NCBI GenBank assembly: GCA_028703645.1 | Contig: JAQVML010000001.1 | Coordinates: forward strand, 1 to 28,317 | Direction of reading: 5' to 3' | Length of the DNA stretch: 28,317 bases | From: Eubacteriales bacterium | GTDB lineage: Bacteria > Bacillota > Clostridia > Christensenellales > CAG-138 | In this document: in pieces, positions 18,393 to 26,276 of the stretch | Layout: each line of letters begins with the position of its first letter | Position numbering within the stretch: position 1 is the stretch's first letter | Notes under the pieces: generated by a model | The model's database searches: none | What the model was told of the DNA's origin: nothing | What the model saw: only the letters and a program-made list of their open reading frames with translations | Translations under genes and position numbers: made by a program

Positions 18393-18650
18393 TTACTTCG
18401 CCTTCTCGACGATCTCGACGAGGCGCCACCGCTTATCTTTGCTGATGGGGCGCGTTTCCATAATCTTAACGGTATCGCCGATGCCGCACTGGTTCTCTTC
18501 GTCATGAACCTTGAACTTTCTCGTGCGGTTAACCATCTTGCCGTACAACGGGTGGCGGACTTTGGTCTTGATGGCGACAACGGCGGTTTTGTCCATCTTA
18601 TCGCTGACGACCACGCCGACACGGGTCTTTCTGTAGCCTCTTTCTTCCAT
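18393..18650 (-). CDS. rpsQ: 30S ribosomal protein S17; start corrected to ATG 18650
   Basis: [42 protein letters not shown]; GGAGG RBS. Confidence 0.98.
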   Translation of the reverse strand: MEERGYRKTRVGVVVSDKMDKTAVVAIKTKVRHPLYGKMVNRTRKFKVHDEENQCGIGDTVKIMETRPISKDKRWRLVEIVEKAK

Positions 18651-18669
18651 GTGTCTGTCCTCCTTCCCG

Positions 18670-18873
18670 TTACTCGGCTGCCTTCGCAAGCTCGCGCTCA
18701 CGAATGATCGTTTTTACTCTGGCAATATCTTTCTTGCACTCGCTGATGCGATTCGGGTTCGAAAGACCGCCGGTAGCCGACTGAAAGCGAAGGTTGAACA
18801 GCTCGCTCTTGAGCTCTTTTTCCTGAACTGCAAGCGCGTCGTTGGTCATATCGCGAAACTTATTAGCCTTCAT
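18670..18873 (-). CDS. rpmC: 50S ribosomal protein L29; probable start ATG 18873
   Basis: [23 protein letters not shown]...KKDIARVKT; overlaps the rplP stop. Confidence 0.95.
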   Translation of the reverse strand: MKANKFRDMTNDALAVQEKELKSELFNLRFQSATGGLSNPNRISECKKDIARVKTIIRERELAKAAE

Positions 18874-19300
18874 CGGTTTCACCACCCTTTTCGGTTTCCT
18901 TCTTGATCACTTTGCACTTGAGCGGGAGTTTGTGCATCGCGAGACGAAGCGCTTCGTAAGCGTCCGCCTGCTCAACTCCAGCAATCTCAAAGAGGACGCG
19001 GCCCGGCTTCACAACGGCAACCCAGTATTCCGGGGAGCCTTTGCCGCTGCCCATGCGGGTTTCAGCGGGTTTTTCGGTAACGGGCTTATCGGGGAAGATC
19101 TTGATCCAGACCTGGCCGCCACGCTTGATGTAACGCGTCAGCGCGACACGAGCCGCCTCGATCTGTTGGCTGGTAACCCAGCAGGGCTCTAATGCAACCA
19201 GGCCGTATTCGCCCTGGGACACCGTGTTGCCACGGGTGGCTTTACCCTTCATGCGACCGCGGAATACTCTGCGGCGCTTTACTCTTTTCGGCATCAACAT
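18863..19300 (-). CDS. rplP: 50S ribosomal protein L16
   Basis: [41 protein letters not shown]. Confidence 0.99.
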   Translation of the reverse strand: MLMPKRVKRRRVFRGRMKGKATRGNTVSQGEYGLVALEPCWVTSQQIEAARVALTRYIKRGGQVWIKIFPDKPVTEKPAETRMGSGKGSPEYWVAVVKPGRVLFEIAGVEQADAYEALRLAMHKLPLKCKVIKKETEKGGETDEG

Positions 19301-19302
19301 GG

Positions 19303-19974
19303 TTATTTGCCCCCTTCCTCACGCCTGTCGGAAGCGCCACGCTTGCCGAGCAGTTCGCCCTTGTAAATCCAGACCTTGCAGCCGATGCGGCCGTAGGTGG
19401 TCTTTGCTTCCGCAAAACCGTACTGGATGTCCGCGCGCATCGTCTGCAGCGGGATGGAACCATCGTGGTAACCTTCGCTTCTTGCGATTTCCGCGCCGCC
19501 GAGACGACCGGAGACCATGAGCTTGATTCCCTTGACGCTGTTCTTCTGCATCGCGCGACCCATGGATTGCTTCATGGCGCGGCGGAAGCTAATGCGCTTT
19601 TCGAGCTGAGACGCGATGTTCTCCGCAACCAGCTGTGCGTCTGCGTCCGGATCACGGATCTCCATGATGTTGACGCTGACGTCCTTGCCGGTCGTCTTCT
19701 TAATGTCTTCCTTGATGGCGTCGATTCCTGTGCCGCCCTTACCGATCAAGAGACCGGGACGCGCGGTAAAGATGCTGACGGTGGTTTTGCCCGCCGCGCG
19801 ATCGATCTCGATGCGCGAAATGCTGGCCTGGTAATACTTCTTCTTCACGAAGTCGCGAATCTTGCGGTCTTCGACGAGGAAATCGGCGAAATCCTTCTTG
19901 GAGGCATACCAGCGGGTGTTCCAATCCTTGATGACACCAACGCGGAACCCGTTTGGATTAACTTTTTGACCCAT
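19303..19974 (-). CDS. rpsC: 30S ribosomal protein S3
   Basis: [58 protein letters not shown]. Confidence 0.99.
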   Translation of the reverse strand: MGQKVNPNGFRVGVIKDWNTRWYASKKDFADFLVEDRKIRDFVKKKYYQASISRIEIDRAAGKTTVSIFTARPGLLIGKGGTGIDAIKEDIKKTTGKDVSVNIMEIRDPDADAQLVAENIASQLEKRISFRRAMKQSMGRAMQKNSVKGIKLMVSGRLGGAEIARSEGYHDGSIPLQTMRADIQYGFAEAKTTYGRIGCKVWIYKGELLGKRGASDRREEGGK

Positions 19975-19989
19975 AGCTCATTTCCTCCC

Positions 19990-20376
19990 TTACTTCGCCT
20001 GATCCAGCACGACCGTGATGTGGCTCGTACGCTTGCGGATTGCGCTTGCGCGGCCATGCGCTCTCGGCCGGAAACGCTTCAGGGTCGGGCCCTGGTTTGC
20101 GTAAATCTCGGCGACAAAGAGTTCTTCGCGGTTGAGATCGAGGTTGTTTTCCGCGTTCGCAATCGCGCTCTTGAGCAGCTTTGCTACCGGCTCGGTGGCC
20201 GCCTTCGGCGTATAGAGCAGGATGGCTTCGGCTTCTTTCACGCTCTTGCCGCGGATCAGGTCGATAACGGCCTTGACTTTGCGCGAAGAGATGCGAATGT
20301 ATTTTGCGGTCGCATGCGGTCGCTTGTCAGCGTTTGCCGCACGTTTGGCCGACTTTTCTCTCATTCTGGTTGCCAT
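19990..20376 (-). CDS. rplV: 50S ribosomal protein L22 (short basic N-terminal extension)
   Basis: [49 protein letters not shown]. Confidence 0.98.
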   Translation of the reverse strand: MATRMREKSAKRAANADKRPHATAKYIRISSRKVKAVIDLIRGKSVKEAEAILLYTPKAATEPVAKLLKSAIANAENNLDLNREELFVAEIYANQGPTLKRFRPRAHGRASAIRKRTSHITVVLDQAK

Positions 20377-20392
20377 TTTGCTTCGTTCCTCC

Positions 20393-20674
20393 TTACCTTG
20401 CAGAAGAGGACTTTTCGGAGCCTCTGTGTCCTCTGAACGTGCGCGTCGGCGCGAATTCGCCGAGCTTATGGCCGACCATTTCCTCGGTCACATAAACGGG
20501 CACGTGCTTTTTGCCGTCATGCACCGCGATCGTGTGACCGACCATCTGCGGGAAGATGGTAGAGGCGCGAGACCAAGTCTTGACGACCGTCTTTTTTCCG
20601 CTCGCGTTCATCGCTTCGATCCGCCCGAGGAGGCGTTCGCTGATAAACGGACCTTTTTTAATCGATCTGCTCAT
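20393..20674 (-). CDS. rpsS: 30S ribosomal protein S19
   Basis: [38 protein letters not shown]. Confidence 0.99.
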   Translation of the reverse strand: MSRSIKKGPFISERLLGRIEAMNASGKKTVVKTWSRASTIFPQMVGHTIAVHDGKKHVPVYVTEEMVGHKLGEFAPTRTFRGHRGSEKSSSAR

Positions 20675-20697
20675 TGTTTATCTCCTTCCTCTTCCCG

Positions 20698-21534
20698 TTA
20701 TTTGCTGCCGTTGCTGCGGCGCACGATGTACTTGTTGGTCGGGTTCTTATGCTTGCGCGTCTTGTAACCAAGCGCGGGCTTGCCCCACGGGGTAACCGGG
20801 CCGGGCTTGCCAATCGGGCTCTTGCCCTCGCCGCCGCCGTGCGGATGGTCGCATGGGTTCATGACGCTGCCGCGAACGGTCGGGCGGACGCCCATGTGAC
20901 GCTTGCGGCCTGCTTTACCAATCTGGATGTTGGCATGGTCGATGTTACCGACCTGGCCGATCGTGGCTTTCGCATTCATCGGGATGAGTCGCACTTCGCC
21001 GCTGGGCAGACGAACCTGCGCATACGCGCCTTCTTTTGCCATCAACTGCGCCGCGTTGCCCGCGGAGCGGACGAGCTGTGCGCCCTTGCCGGGCTTGAGC
21101 TCGATGCAGTGAATCATCGTGCCGACCGGAATGTTGGCGATCGGAAGTGCGTTGCCGACCTTGATGTCGGCGGTCTCGCCGGAGACGATCATGTCGCCAA
21201 CCTTGAGGCCGAGCGGGGCGATAATATAGCGCTTCTCGCCATCGAGGTAATGCAGCAGCGCGATGTTCGCCGAGCGGTTGGGATCGTACTCCACGGAGAA
21301 GACCTTCGCGGGGACGTTGTCCTTGTTGCGCTTGAAGTCGATGATACGGTACTTCTGGCGCGCGCCGCCGCCTTGATGGCGGACGGTGATCTTGCCGCTG
21401 ACGTTGCGGCCAGCGTTCTTTTTCTTATCTTCGACCAGCGAGCGTTCCGGCGTCTTCTTGGTGATCTCTTCAAATGAAGAAACCGTCATGAAGCGCTGGC
21501 CAGGCGTGATCGGGTTGATTTTACGGATGCCCAT
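20698..21534 (-). CDS. rplB: 50S ribosomal protein L2
   Basis: [46 protein letters not shown]. Confidence 0.99.
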   Translation of the reverse strand: MGIRKINPITPGQRFMTVSSFEEITKKTPERSLVEDKKKNAGRNVSGKITVRHQGGGARQKYRIIDFKRNKDNVPAKVFSVEYDPNRSANIALLHYLDGEKRYIIAPLGLKVGDMIVSGETADIKVGNALPIANIPVGTMIHCIELKPGKGAQLVRSAGNAAQLMAKEGAYAQVRLPSGEVRLIPMNAKATIGQVGNIDHANIQIGKAGRKRHMGVRPTVRGSVMNPCDHPHGGGEGKSPIGKPGPVTPWGKPALGYKTRKHKNPTNKYIVRRSNGSK

Positions 21535-21548
21535 GGTTCTTCCTCCCC

Positions 21549-21845
21549 TTACTGCGAGATGCTGTCGAAGAACTCAATGCCTTTGGAGTTCTCCTTGAGC
21601 TTCACGTAGGCCTTTTTGCTACTCGGCGTGCGGCCGGAAGAGTTGCCCTGGCGGCGCACTTTGCCGTCGCTATTGATGGTATGCACGCTTTCGACTTCCA
21701 CATCGAAGATCTCTTCAACAGCCTTCTTGATCTCGATCTTGTTGGCGGTTTTATCCACTTCGAAGGTATAGGTCTTGCTCGCGAACTGATCGTAACTCTT
21801 TTCGGTCAGAACCGGCTTTTTGATGATGTCATAGGCGCTCTTCAT
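21549..21845 (-). CDS. rplW: 50S ribosomal protein L23
   Basis: [42 protein letters not shown]. Confidence 0.98.
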   Translation of the reverse strand: MKSAYDIIKKPVLTEKSYDQFASKTYTFEVDKTANKIEIKKAVEEIFDVEVESVHTINSDGKVRRQGNSSGRTPSSKKAYVKLKENSKGIEFFDSISQ

Positions 21846-22465
21846 TACGCGTACACCTCCTCGATCTTCTTGGCCGATTCCTCGGTGAGGATCAGCACCT
21901 TATACTTGAGAATCTCGTACGCGCTCAGGGTGCCGACCAGCGTGGTTTTCACGCCGGGGATGTTGCGCGCCGCGCGCTCCACCGTTGCGTTGGGTTCCGG
22001 CAGGACGATGAGCGCCTGCTCTGCCTTGATGGCTTCCAGAACCTTGATCATCTCTTTGGTCTTTGCGGCCTTGAGGTTCAGCTCGTTGAAGAGAACGAGT
22101 TCGTTATCGAGAACCTTGCCGGACAGCGCGCTCTTCATTGCGACGCGCTTGACCTTTTTGTTGACGCGGATGCTGTAATCGCGGGGTTTGGGCGCGAATA
22201 CCACACCGCCGTGACGCCACTGAGGCGAACGAGTGGAACCCTGGCGGGCACGACCGGTGCCCTTTTGGCGCCAAGGCTTGATGCCGCCGCCGGAGACTTC
22301 CGCACGGGTGAGGGTGCTCTGCGTGCCTTGACGGCAGTTCGCCAGGTGCGCCTTCACGACCTCGTGGAGAACGAATTGGTTGACTGGCTGTCCAAAAGTG
22401 TTTTCGGAGAGCTCATATTCGCCGACCTTTTTGCCGGTGATATCGACAATTGCTACTTTAGGCAT
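21845..22465 (-). CDS. rplD: 50S ribosomal protein L4
   Basis: [43 protein letters not shown]. Confidence 0.99.
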   Translation of the reverse strand: MPKVAIVDITGKKVGEYELSENTFGQPVNQFVLHEVVKAHLANCRQGTQSTLTRAEVSGGGIKPWRQKGTGRARQGSTRSPQWRHGGVVFAPKPRDYSIRVNKKVKRVAMKSALSGKVLDNELVLFNELNLKAAKTKEMIKVLEAIKAEQALIVLPEPNATVERAARNIPGVKTTLVGTLSAYEILKYKVLILTEESAKKIEEVYA

Positions 22466-22479
22466 TCTCTTGCTCCTCC

Positions 22480-23106
22480 TTACTTCACGGTGCTCGTTAC
22501 GGAAACGAGTCCGCCCTTCGGGCCGGGGACCGCGCCCTTAACGAGCAGCAGGTTACGCTCTACGTCCACACGCACAACCTCGAGGTTCTGCACGGTGACG
22601 GTTTCGTTGCCCATGTGGCCGGGAAGGTTTTTGTGCTTGAACACGCGGGACGGGCTCGAGTTTGCACTCATGGAACCGACGCCGCGGTGATAGTGCGAAC
22701 CGTGCGTCATCTTGCCGCGGTTCTGGTTCCAGCGCTTGATAACGCCCTGAAAGCCCTTACCTTTGCTCACGCCGCGGACATCGATCTTGTCGCCTTCTGC
22801 GAACAGGTCCGCCTTGATGATCTGGCCGACTTCGTAATTCTTCGCGTCGTCGAGCTTGAACTCTCTCATATAGCGGAGGGGTTTCACGCCCGCTTTGGCA
22901 AAATGCCCCGTTCTCGGTTTGTTGGAGAGCTTCTCACGCAGCTCGCCAAAGCCGACCTGAACAGCTTCGTATCCGTCCGTCCCGACGGTCTTCTTTTGGA
23001 TGACGGGGCACGGACCGGCTTCGATGACTGTCACGGGGATCATGGTACCGTCAGCTCGGAACATCTGCGTCATACCGATCTTTTTGCCCAAAATGGCTTT
23101 CTTCAT
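22480..23106 (-). CDS. rplC: 50S ribosomal protein L3; start corrected to ATG 23106
   Basis: [51 protein letters not shown]. Confidence 0.99.
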   Translation of the reverse strand: MKKAILGKKIGMTQMFRADGTMIPVTVIEAGPCPVIQKKTVGTDGYEAVQVGFGELREKLSNKPRTGHFAKAGVKPLRYMREFKLDDAKNYEVGQIIKADLFAEGDKIDVRGVSKGKGFQGVIKRWNQNRGKMTHGSHYHRGVGSMSANSSPSRVFKHKNLPGHMGNETVTVQNLEVVRVDVERNLLLVKGAVPGPKGGLVSVTSTVK

Positions 23107-23122
23107 GTTTACCTCCGATTGG

Positions 23123-23428
23123 TTACAGTTTGATCTCGATGTCGACACCAGCAGGGAGATCAAGCTTCATCAGCGCGTCAACGGTCTTGGAAGACGGCTG
23201 GAGAATGTCGATCAGGCGCTTGTGTGTGCGCATCTCGAATTGTTCACGGGAATCCTTATACTTGTGGGTCGCACGCAGAATGGTAACGATTTCCGTTTCC
23301 GTGGGCAGGGGGATCGGGCCACTGACCTGCGCGCCGGTTCTCTTGGCGGTCTCTACAATTTTCTCCGCGCTCTGATCGATCAGAGAGCTTTCATACGCCT
23401 TGAGCTTGATGCGAATTCTGTTTGCCAT
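23123..23428 (-). CDS. rpsJ: 30S ribosomal protein S10; start corrected to ATG 23428
   Basis: [41 protein letters not shown]; AAGGAGG RBS. Confidence 0.99.
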   Translation of the reverse strand: MANRIRIKLKAYESSLIDQSAEKIVETAKRTGAQVSGPIPLPTETEIVTILRATHKYKDSREQFEMRTHKRLIDILQPSSKTVDALMKLDLPAGVDIEIKL

Positions 23429-23560
23429 GTTATTGATATCCTCCTTCGTAATAGGGGCGGTACACAAAGCCGTGTGTTTCCTTCTTCATAAGGCAGGCGC
23501 AGCCTCTCGGCTGTGCGCTATACTCGTTCGGGACTGCACGATGTGCTCTATAGACTCACC

Positions 23561-23635
23561 CTCGCCCGCTTTGCGGACGTTGGGTCTGAGCGGAAATTAC
23601 CCGGATGGCAGAACCGGCAACCTCCCGTTCATCCC
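23561..23635 (-). ncRNA. S10 operon leader RNA (Bacillota/Clostridia type)
   Basis: GGGAUGAA-CGGGAGGUUGCCGG-(9 nt)-CCGGGUAAUUUCCG long stem, then CGUCCGC-AAA-GCGGGCG-A. From memory this matches the GAUGAA..GAGGUUGC...GUC..GGCGA pattern of Bacillota rpsJ leaders; not verified by covariance search. Confidence 0.7.
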
Positions 23636-23677
23636 TTTCACGCGCAAAAACATCGCCTTTGCGGCGCGAACAGGTTT

Positions 23678-23706
23678 ATTTTACACGGTCTGGATAGGGA
23701 TTGCAA
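23678..23706 (-). promoter_or_regulatory. proximal sigma-A promoter of the S10 operon
   Basis: Minus strand TTGCAA (23706-23701), 17-nt spacer, TAAAAT (23683-23678); AT-rich UP-like tract upstream. Confidence 0.8.
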
Positions 23707-23883
23707 GAAGAATTTTTAGAATTTCTACGATATTTTGTGGAATTCCTGCATTGGTTATCTCTTGCACGATTTTCCAGCAAACGGGCTTGATCACGCACCA
23801 GCAAGCGTTTGGGCCGGTTTTCGCAGTTTTACGTCCGATAGATATAGAATCCTGCGTTTTTTGCGATATTTCATCGTCTGAGC

Positions 23884-23912
23884 AGTATAGCACACTTCAC
23901 CCCCATGCGCAA
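23884..23912 (-). promoter_or_regulatory. distal sigma-A promoter candidate of the S10 operon
   Basis: Minus strand TTGCGC (23912-23907), 17-nt spacer, TG-c-TATACT (23889-23884); downstream of the gntR terminator. Confidence 0.7.
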
Positions 23913-24056
23913 CACCGTCTTGCGCAACAAATCGGCCGAACGGTGGGCAGAATTCTCCGTGGCTGGCTATTTTGTATATGGCGGAGTTTTTCTTCCTTAT
24001 ATATAGCATCTCAACGCTGCACTACGAGAAAATACGACTGGAAATCATTCCGGCGT

Positions 24057-24086
24057 AAAAAAACAGGCCCGCGATGGAGCCTGTTT
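24057..24086 (-). terminator. intrinsic terminator of gntR
   Basis: Minus strand AAACAGGC-T-CC-ATCGC-GG-GCCTGTTT-TTTT, about 20 nt after the stop. Confidence 0.85.
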
Positions 24087-24104
24087 CAAAAAAACACAGA
24101 CCGG

Positions 24105-24776
24105 TTACTTCATTGTATTGGGAATAAACAGTTTTGCGTTGAGAATGTGGTCGCGAAGCAGGTTGCAGGCGCTTTCAAAATCTCCCTCGCGGCAGGTCAT
24201 GATGATCGTCTCGTGTTCGTTGATTGAAACCTCGCGCGTCTGCGGCGTTCCGTAGAAGCTTGCGCGCAGATAGCGGTCGATGTTCGCATGCACCAACTCA
24301 AGCAGGAAGTTCGCCATCGAGTTTTTCGAATGAGACGTCAGAATTTCGTGGAACTTGTAGTTGAGCTCCTCCGAGCGGAGGATATTCTCCACAGGGGTCT
24401 CTCTTTGCTGGCGTACGATTTCGTCCAGCGCGTCAAAGTCCGCTTTCGTCAGCATCGGTGCGCTGTTGCGCATCATCATGACGGAGAGCGTCGCGCGCAC
24501 TTCCATCATGTCCAGCAGTTCACTGCGGGTGAGTTCCGTGACCGCGGCTCCGCGGTTTGCGTGGATACGGACAAGTCCCTGTGCTTCGAGCCTTCTCAAT
24601 GCCTCACGCACCGGAATATGGCTGACGTTGAGCGCCGCGGAAATCTCGTCCTGTTTCAACTGCATCCCACCCGGCAGCTTGCCGCTGATGATGCCTTCGC
24701 GTAGAACGTGAAAAATCCACTCCTGCGTGGCGCCGACGCGCGGCCCCACCTGCTCCGCTATGGCTTTGTAATCCAT
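24105..24776 (-). CDS. GntR-family transcriptional regulator (FCD effector domain)
   Basis: LREGIISGKLPGG.QL.QDEISAALNVSHIPVREALRRLEAQGLV winged HTH; NYKFHEIL and HETII FCD His residues; GAGG RBS. Confidence 0.93.
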   Translation of the reverse strand: MDYKAIAEQVGPRVGATQEWIFHVLREGIISGKLPGGMQLKQDEISAALNVSHIPVREALRRLEAQGLVRIHANRGAAVTELTRSELLDMMEVRATLSVMMMRNSAPMLTKADFDALDEIVRQQRETPVENILRSEELNYKFHEILTSHSKNSMANFLLELVHANIDRYLRASFYGTPQTREVSINEHETIIMTCREGDFESACNLLRDHILNAKLFIPNTMK

Positions 24777-24826
24777 AATTCACCTCATATTGATTGAGAG
24801 TTGTAGATTTGACCATGTCTACGAGC

Positions 24827-24855
24827 ATTATATATGATCATATCCGCCGATGCAA
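24827..24855 (-). promoter_or_regulatory. sigma-A promoter of gntR
   Basis: Minus strand TTGCAT (24855-24850), 17-nt spacer, TATAAT (24832-24827). Confidence 0.8.
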
Positions 24856-24978
24856 CCCTTTTGCATAATGTATGCTCGTATGCAGCATATTCTTGTTTGA
24901 GCGCTCCTATTGGCGCAGACGATAAAAACGCCTGTCTGCTTCTAAACGTGGAAGCGTAATAAAGCCGGACGCAAGGGA

Positions 24979-25077
24979 CTATCGATACAGGATATAGAAT
25001 GAATAGAAGAAACTGATAGAATAACAAACAGGAAGCAACCGCTTGATCAACATTCCGAAGACGGATTGTTTGTTCAT
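24979..25077 (-). CDS. candidate 32-aa hydrophobic micro-protein MNKQSVFGMLIKRLLPVCYSISFFYSFYILYR
   Basis: Hand-translated ATG..TAG; AGGA 9 nt upstream; 18-residue uncharged stretch flanked by KR and R. Could be a by-product of T-rich sequence. Confidence 0.3.
   Translation of the reverse strand: MNKQSVFGMLIKRLLPVCYSISFFYSFYILYR
25014..25022 (+). promoter_or_regulatory. extended -10 promoter candidate with no downstream plus-strand CDS
   Basis: TG-a-TAGAAT in an A-rich context; predicted start about 25029, the first base of a long hairpin. Confidence 0.5.
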
Positions 25078-25163
25078 TGGTTTGCTTCCTGCTGATTGTC
25101 GTCGGGGTATGTTCGTTTCCGTTTTACCCCTCCCCCCGGGCCGGCGGAGGGCAAGACTTTTTT
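25029..25163 (+). ncRNA. candidate ~135-nt structured small/antisense RNA
   Basis: Bounded by an extended -10 and a plus-strand terminator; the 5' 63 nt fold as CAGGAAGCAA...TTGCTTCCTG with inner AACA-T-TCCG-AAGA-CGGA-T-TGTT; no plus-strand gene explains these signals. Confidence 0.45.
25121..25163 (+). terminator. plus-strand intrinsic terminator
   Basis: GTTTT/AAGAC (5 bp) plus CCCTCC/GGAGGG (6 bp) plus CC/GG, directly followed by TTTTTT; the minus-strand reading has no U-tract. Confidence 0.6.
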
Positions 25164-25497
25164 AGCGGCCGTACTTGACGCGCTCTAAGCGAATCAGTGC
25201 CAACACGCCTTCGCGGATCTCTCCCGGCAGACGGTCGGCAAGCGCCACGTCGTTACGGTACGACTGCATGCCTTCCGTGTCGAACAGATAGCTCGGCTCC
25301 TCGGTCAATCCGAGAATGCTATCGGTCGAGGTGTTGTAGTGCGTTGCGATCGCGACCAGAGACGCGATGTCCGGCATACAACGGTTGGATTCCCATGCGG
25401 CAACGGATTGCTGTACGACGCCGACCGATTCACCCAGCTGCTGCTGCGTTTCGCCATGGGACTTACGAAGTCTCTTGATACTTGCTCCAATGTCCAT
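25162..25497 (-). CDS. XRE-family helix-turn-helix transcriptional regulator; start corrected to ATG 25497
   Basis: IGASIKRLRKSHGETQQQLGESVGVVQQSVAAWESNRCMPDIASLVAIATHYNTSTDSILG; GGAGG upstream. Confidence 0.9.
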   Translation of the reverse strand: MDIGASIKRLRKSHGETQQQLGESVGVVQQSVAAWESNRCMPDIASLVAIATHYNTSTDSILGLTEEPSYLFDTEGMQSYRNDVALADRLPGEIREGVLALIRLERVKYGR

Positions 25498-26173
25498 TTT
25501 GTTCTCTCTCCTCCAACTAATGTTAACAGTGGATGCTTCTGATGATATTGAAGCATTTCCACAGGGGTGACGCACGGCGATGTCCCTGCGCCTTCAGCTC
25601 TGTCCTCACTGGTACTCGGAAGAACCGTATAAATTATTTTACTATATTACTGGTCAGAAGTATAGGGCCAGAATTAAGATTAATTAAAACTTTTTTTTGT
25701 CAATGACAATGATAGCAGGTTTTTATGATTCATATGTTAGCTTATTGCTTTCGTATGTAATTAATCAACAGCTGTGAATTCGACAAAAAGATTCTGTTTT
25801 CCAACATCTGGAATTAATAGAATCACAATCCACTTTGGAATCAAATACGAAATCGTTTACGCCGAATTTTGCTCCGCCGTGTCGAAAAGTGGTTGCGGCA
25901 GTGAGCCGATCCATGTCATCTATACAAGTGGGTCACTTTTCGTTACGCGTGTTGACCTTGAATTCGAGAATGTACTGAGAAACAAAGTTATTTTAAAAGA
26001 AATTGATGTTACATTGTAATACGATCTCGTTCGTGCAATCGATTCTTTTTTACAAGCCTGTTGTGAATGGCTCTGCTTTACGCGCGCGGAATCGCACGTT
26101 TATAGTTGTTACATTTTTTGACGAAATCACGACGTATTTTTTCGCAGAATGATAGCACCGTAAATTTGAACTG

Positions 26174-26182
26174 TGGTATACT
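26174..26182 (+). promoter_or_regulatory. extended -10 promoter for the GH4 operon
   Basis: TG-g-TATACT about 95 nt upstream of the GH4 ATG; weak -35. Confidence 0.6.
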
Positions 26183-26217
26183 AAGCAAGCGCACAAGGCC
26201 ATTTGCTAGGCGCACCT

Positions 26218-26232
26218 TTCGAAACGTTGTCA
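26218..26232 (+). promoter_or_regulatory. cre/LacI-type operator candidate
   Basis: TTCGAAACGTTGTCA has one mismatch to WTGNAANCGNWNNCW and lies between the promoter and RBS of a sugar-catabolic gene. Confidence 0.4.
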
Positions 26233-26276
26233 CACAACATACGATTATCTTTCCATATTCTCACAGGAGGCGGCAT

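Noticed and set aside
23400-24227. 275-aa plus-strand ORF across the S10 leader and promoters
   Set aside because: Overlaps rpsJ, both promoters, a terminator and gntR in antisense; composition looks non-coding; no RBS.
24785-25027. 80-aa minus-strand ORF with a hydrophobic N-terminus
   Set aside because: TTG start without RBS; runs through the gntR promoter; hydrophobicity comes from a T-rich tract.
25029-25040. CAGGAAGCAACC resembling the SRP RNA GGAAGCAGCC motif
   Set aside because: The required upstream CAGGUCCGGAA/GNRA half of helix 8 is absent on both strands.
25043-25165. 40-codon plus-strand TTG ORF inside the candidate sRNA
   Set aside because: Its AGGA comes from the inverted-repeat symmetry and would lie at the extreme 5' end; the ORF runs through the terminator; the Pro/Arg-rich tail looks non-coding.
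25539-25545. CTGATGA hammerhead-core heptamer
   Set aside because: No stem II followed by GAAA and no stem III/UH; it sits in the loop of a simple hairpin.
25576-25592. GGCGATG...CGCC resembling the start of a fluoride riboswitch
   Set aside because: Lacks the downstream AAYYG and CUGAUG elements and is not 5' of a nearby plus-strand gene.
25774-26019. 81-aa plus-strand ORF in the AT-rich xre-GH4 spacer
   Set aside because: GTG start without RBS, no motif, codon usage unlike the neighbouring genes.
8687-26276. Longer N-termini given by the ORF track for rpsD, rpmD, rplN, rpsQ, rpmC, rplC, rpsJ, xre and the GH4 gene
   Set aside because: They overlap upstream genes or promoters and lack an RBS; the internal ATGs with SD sequences match family N-termini. 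Only the L5 extension has its own strong RBS.
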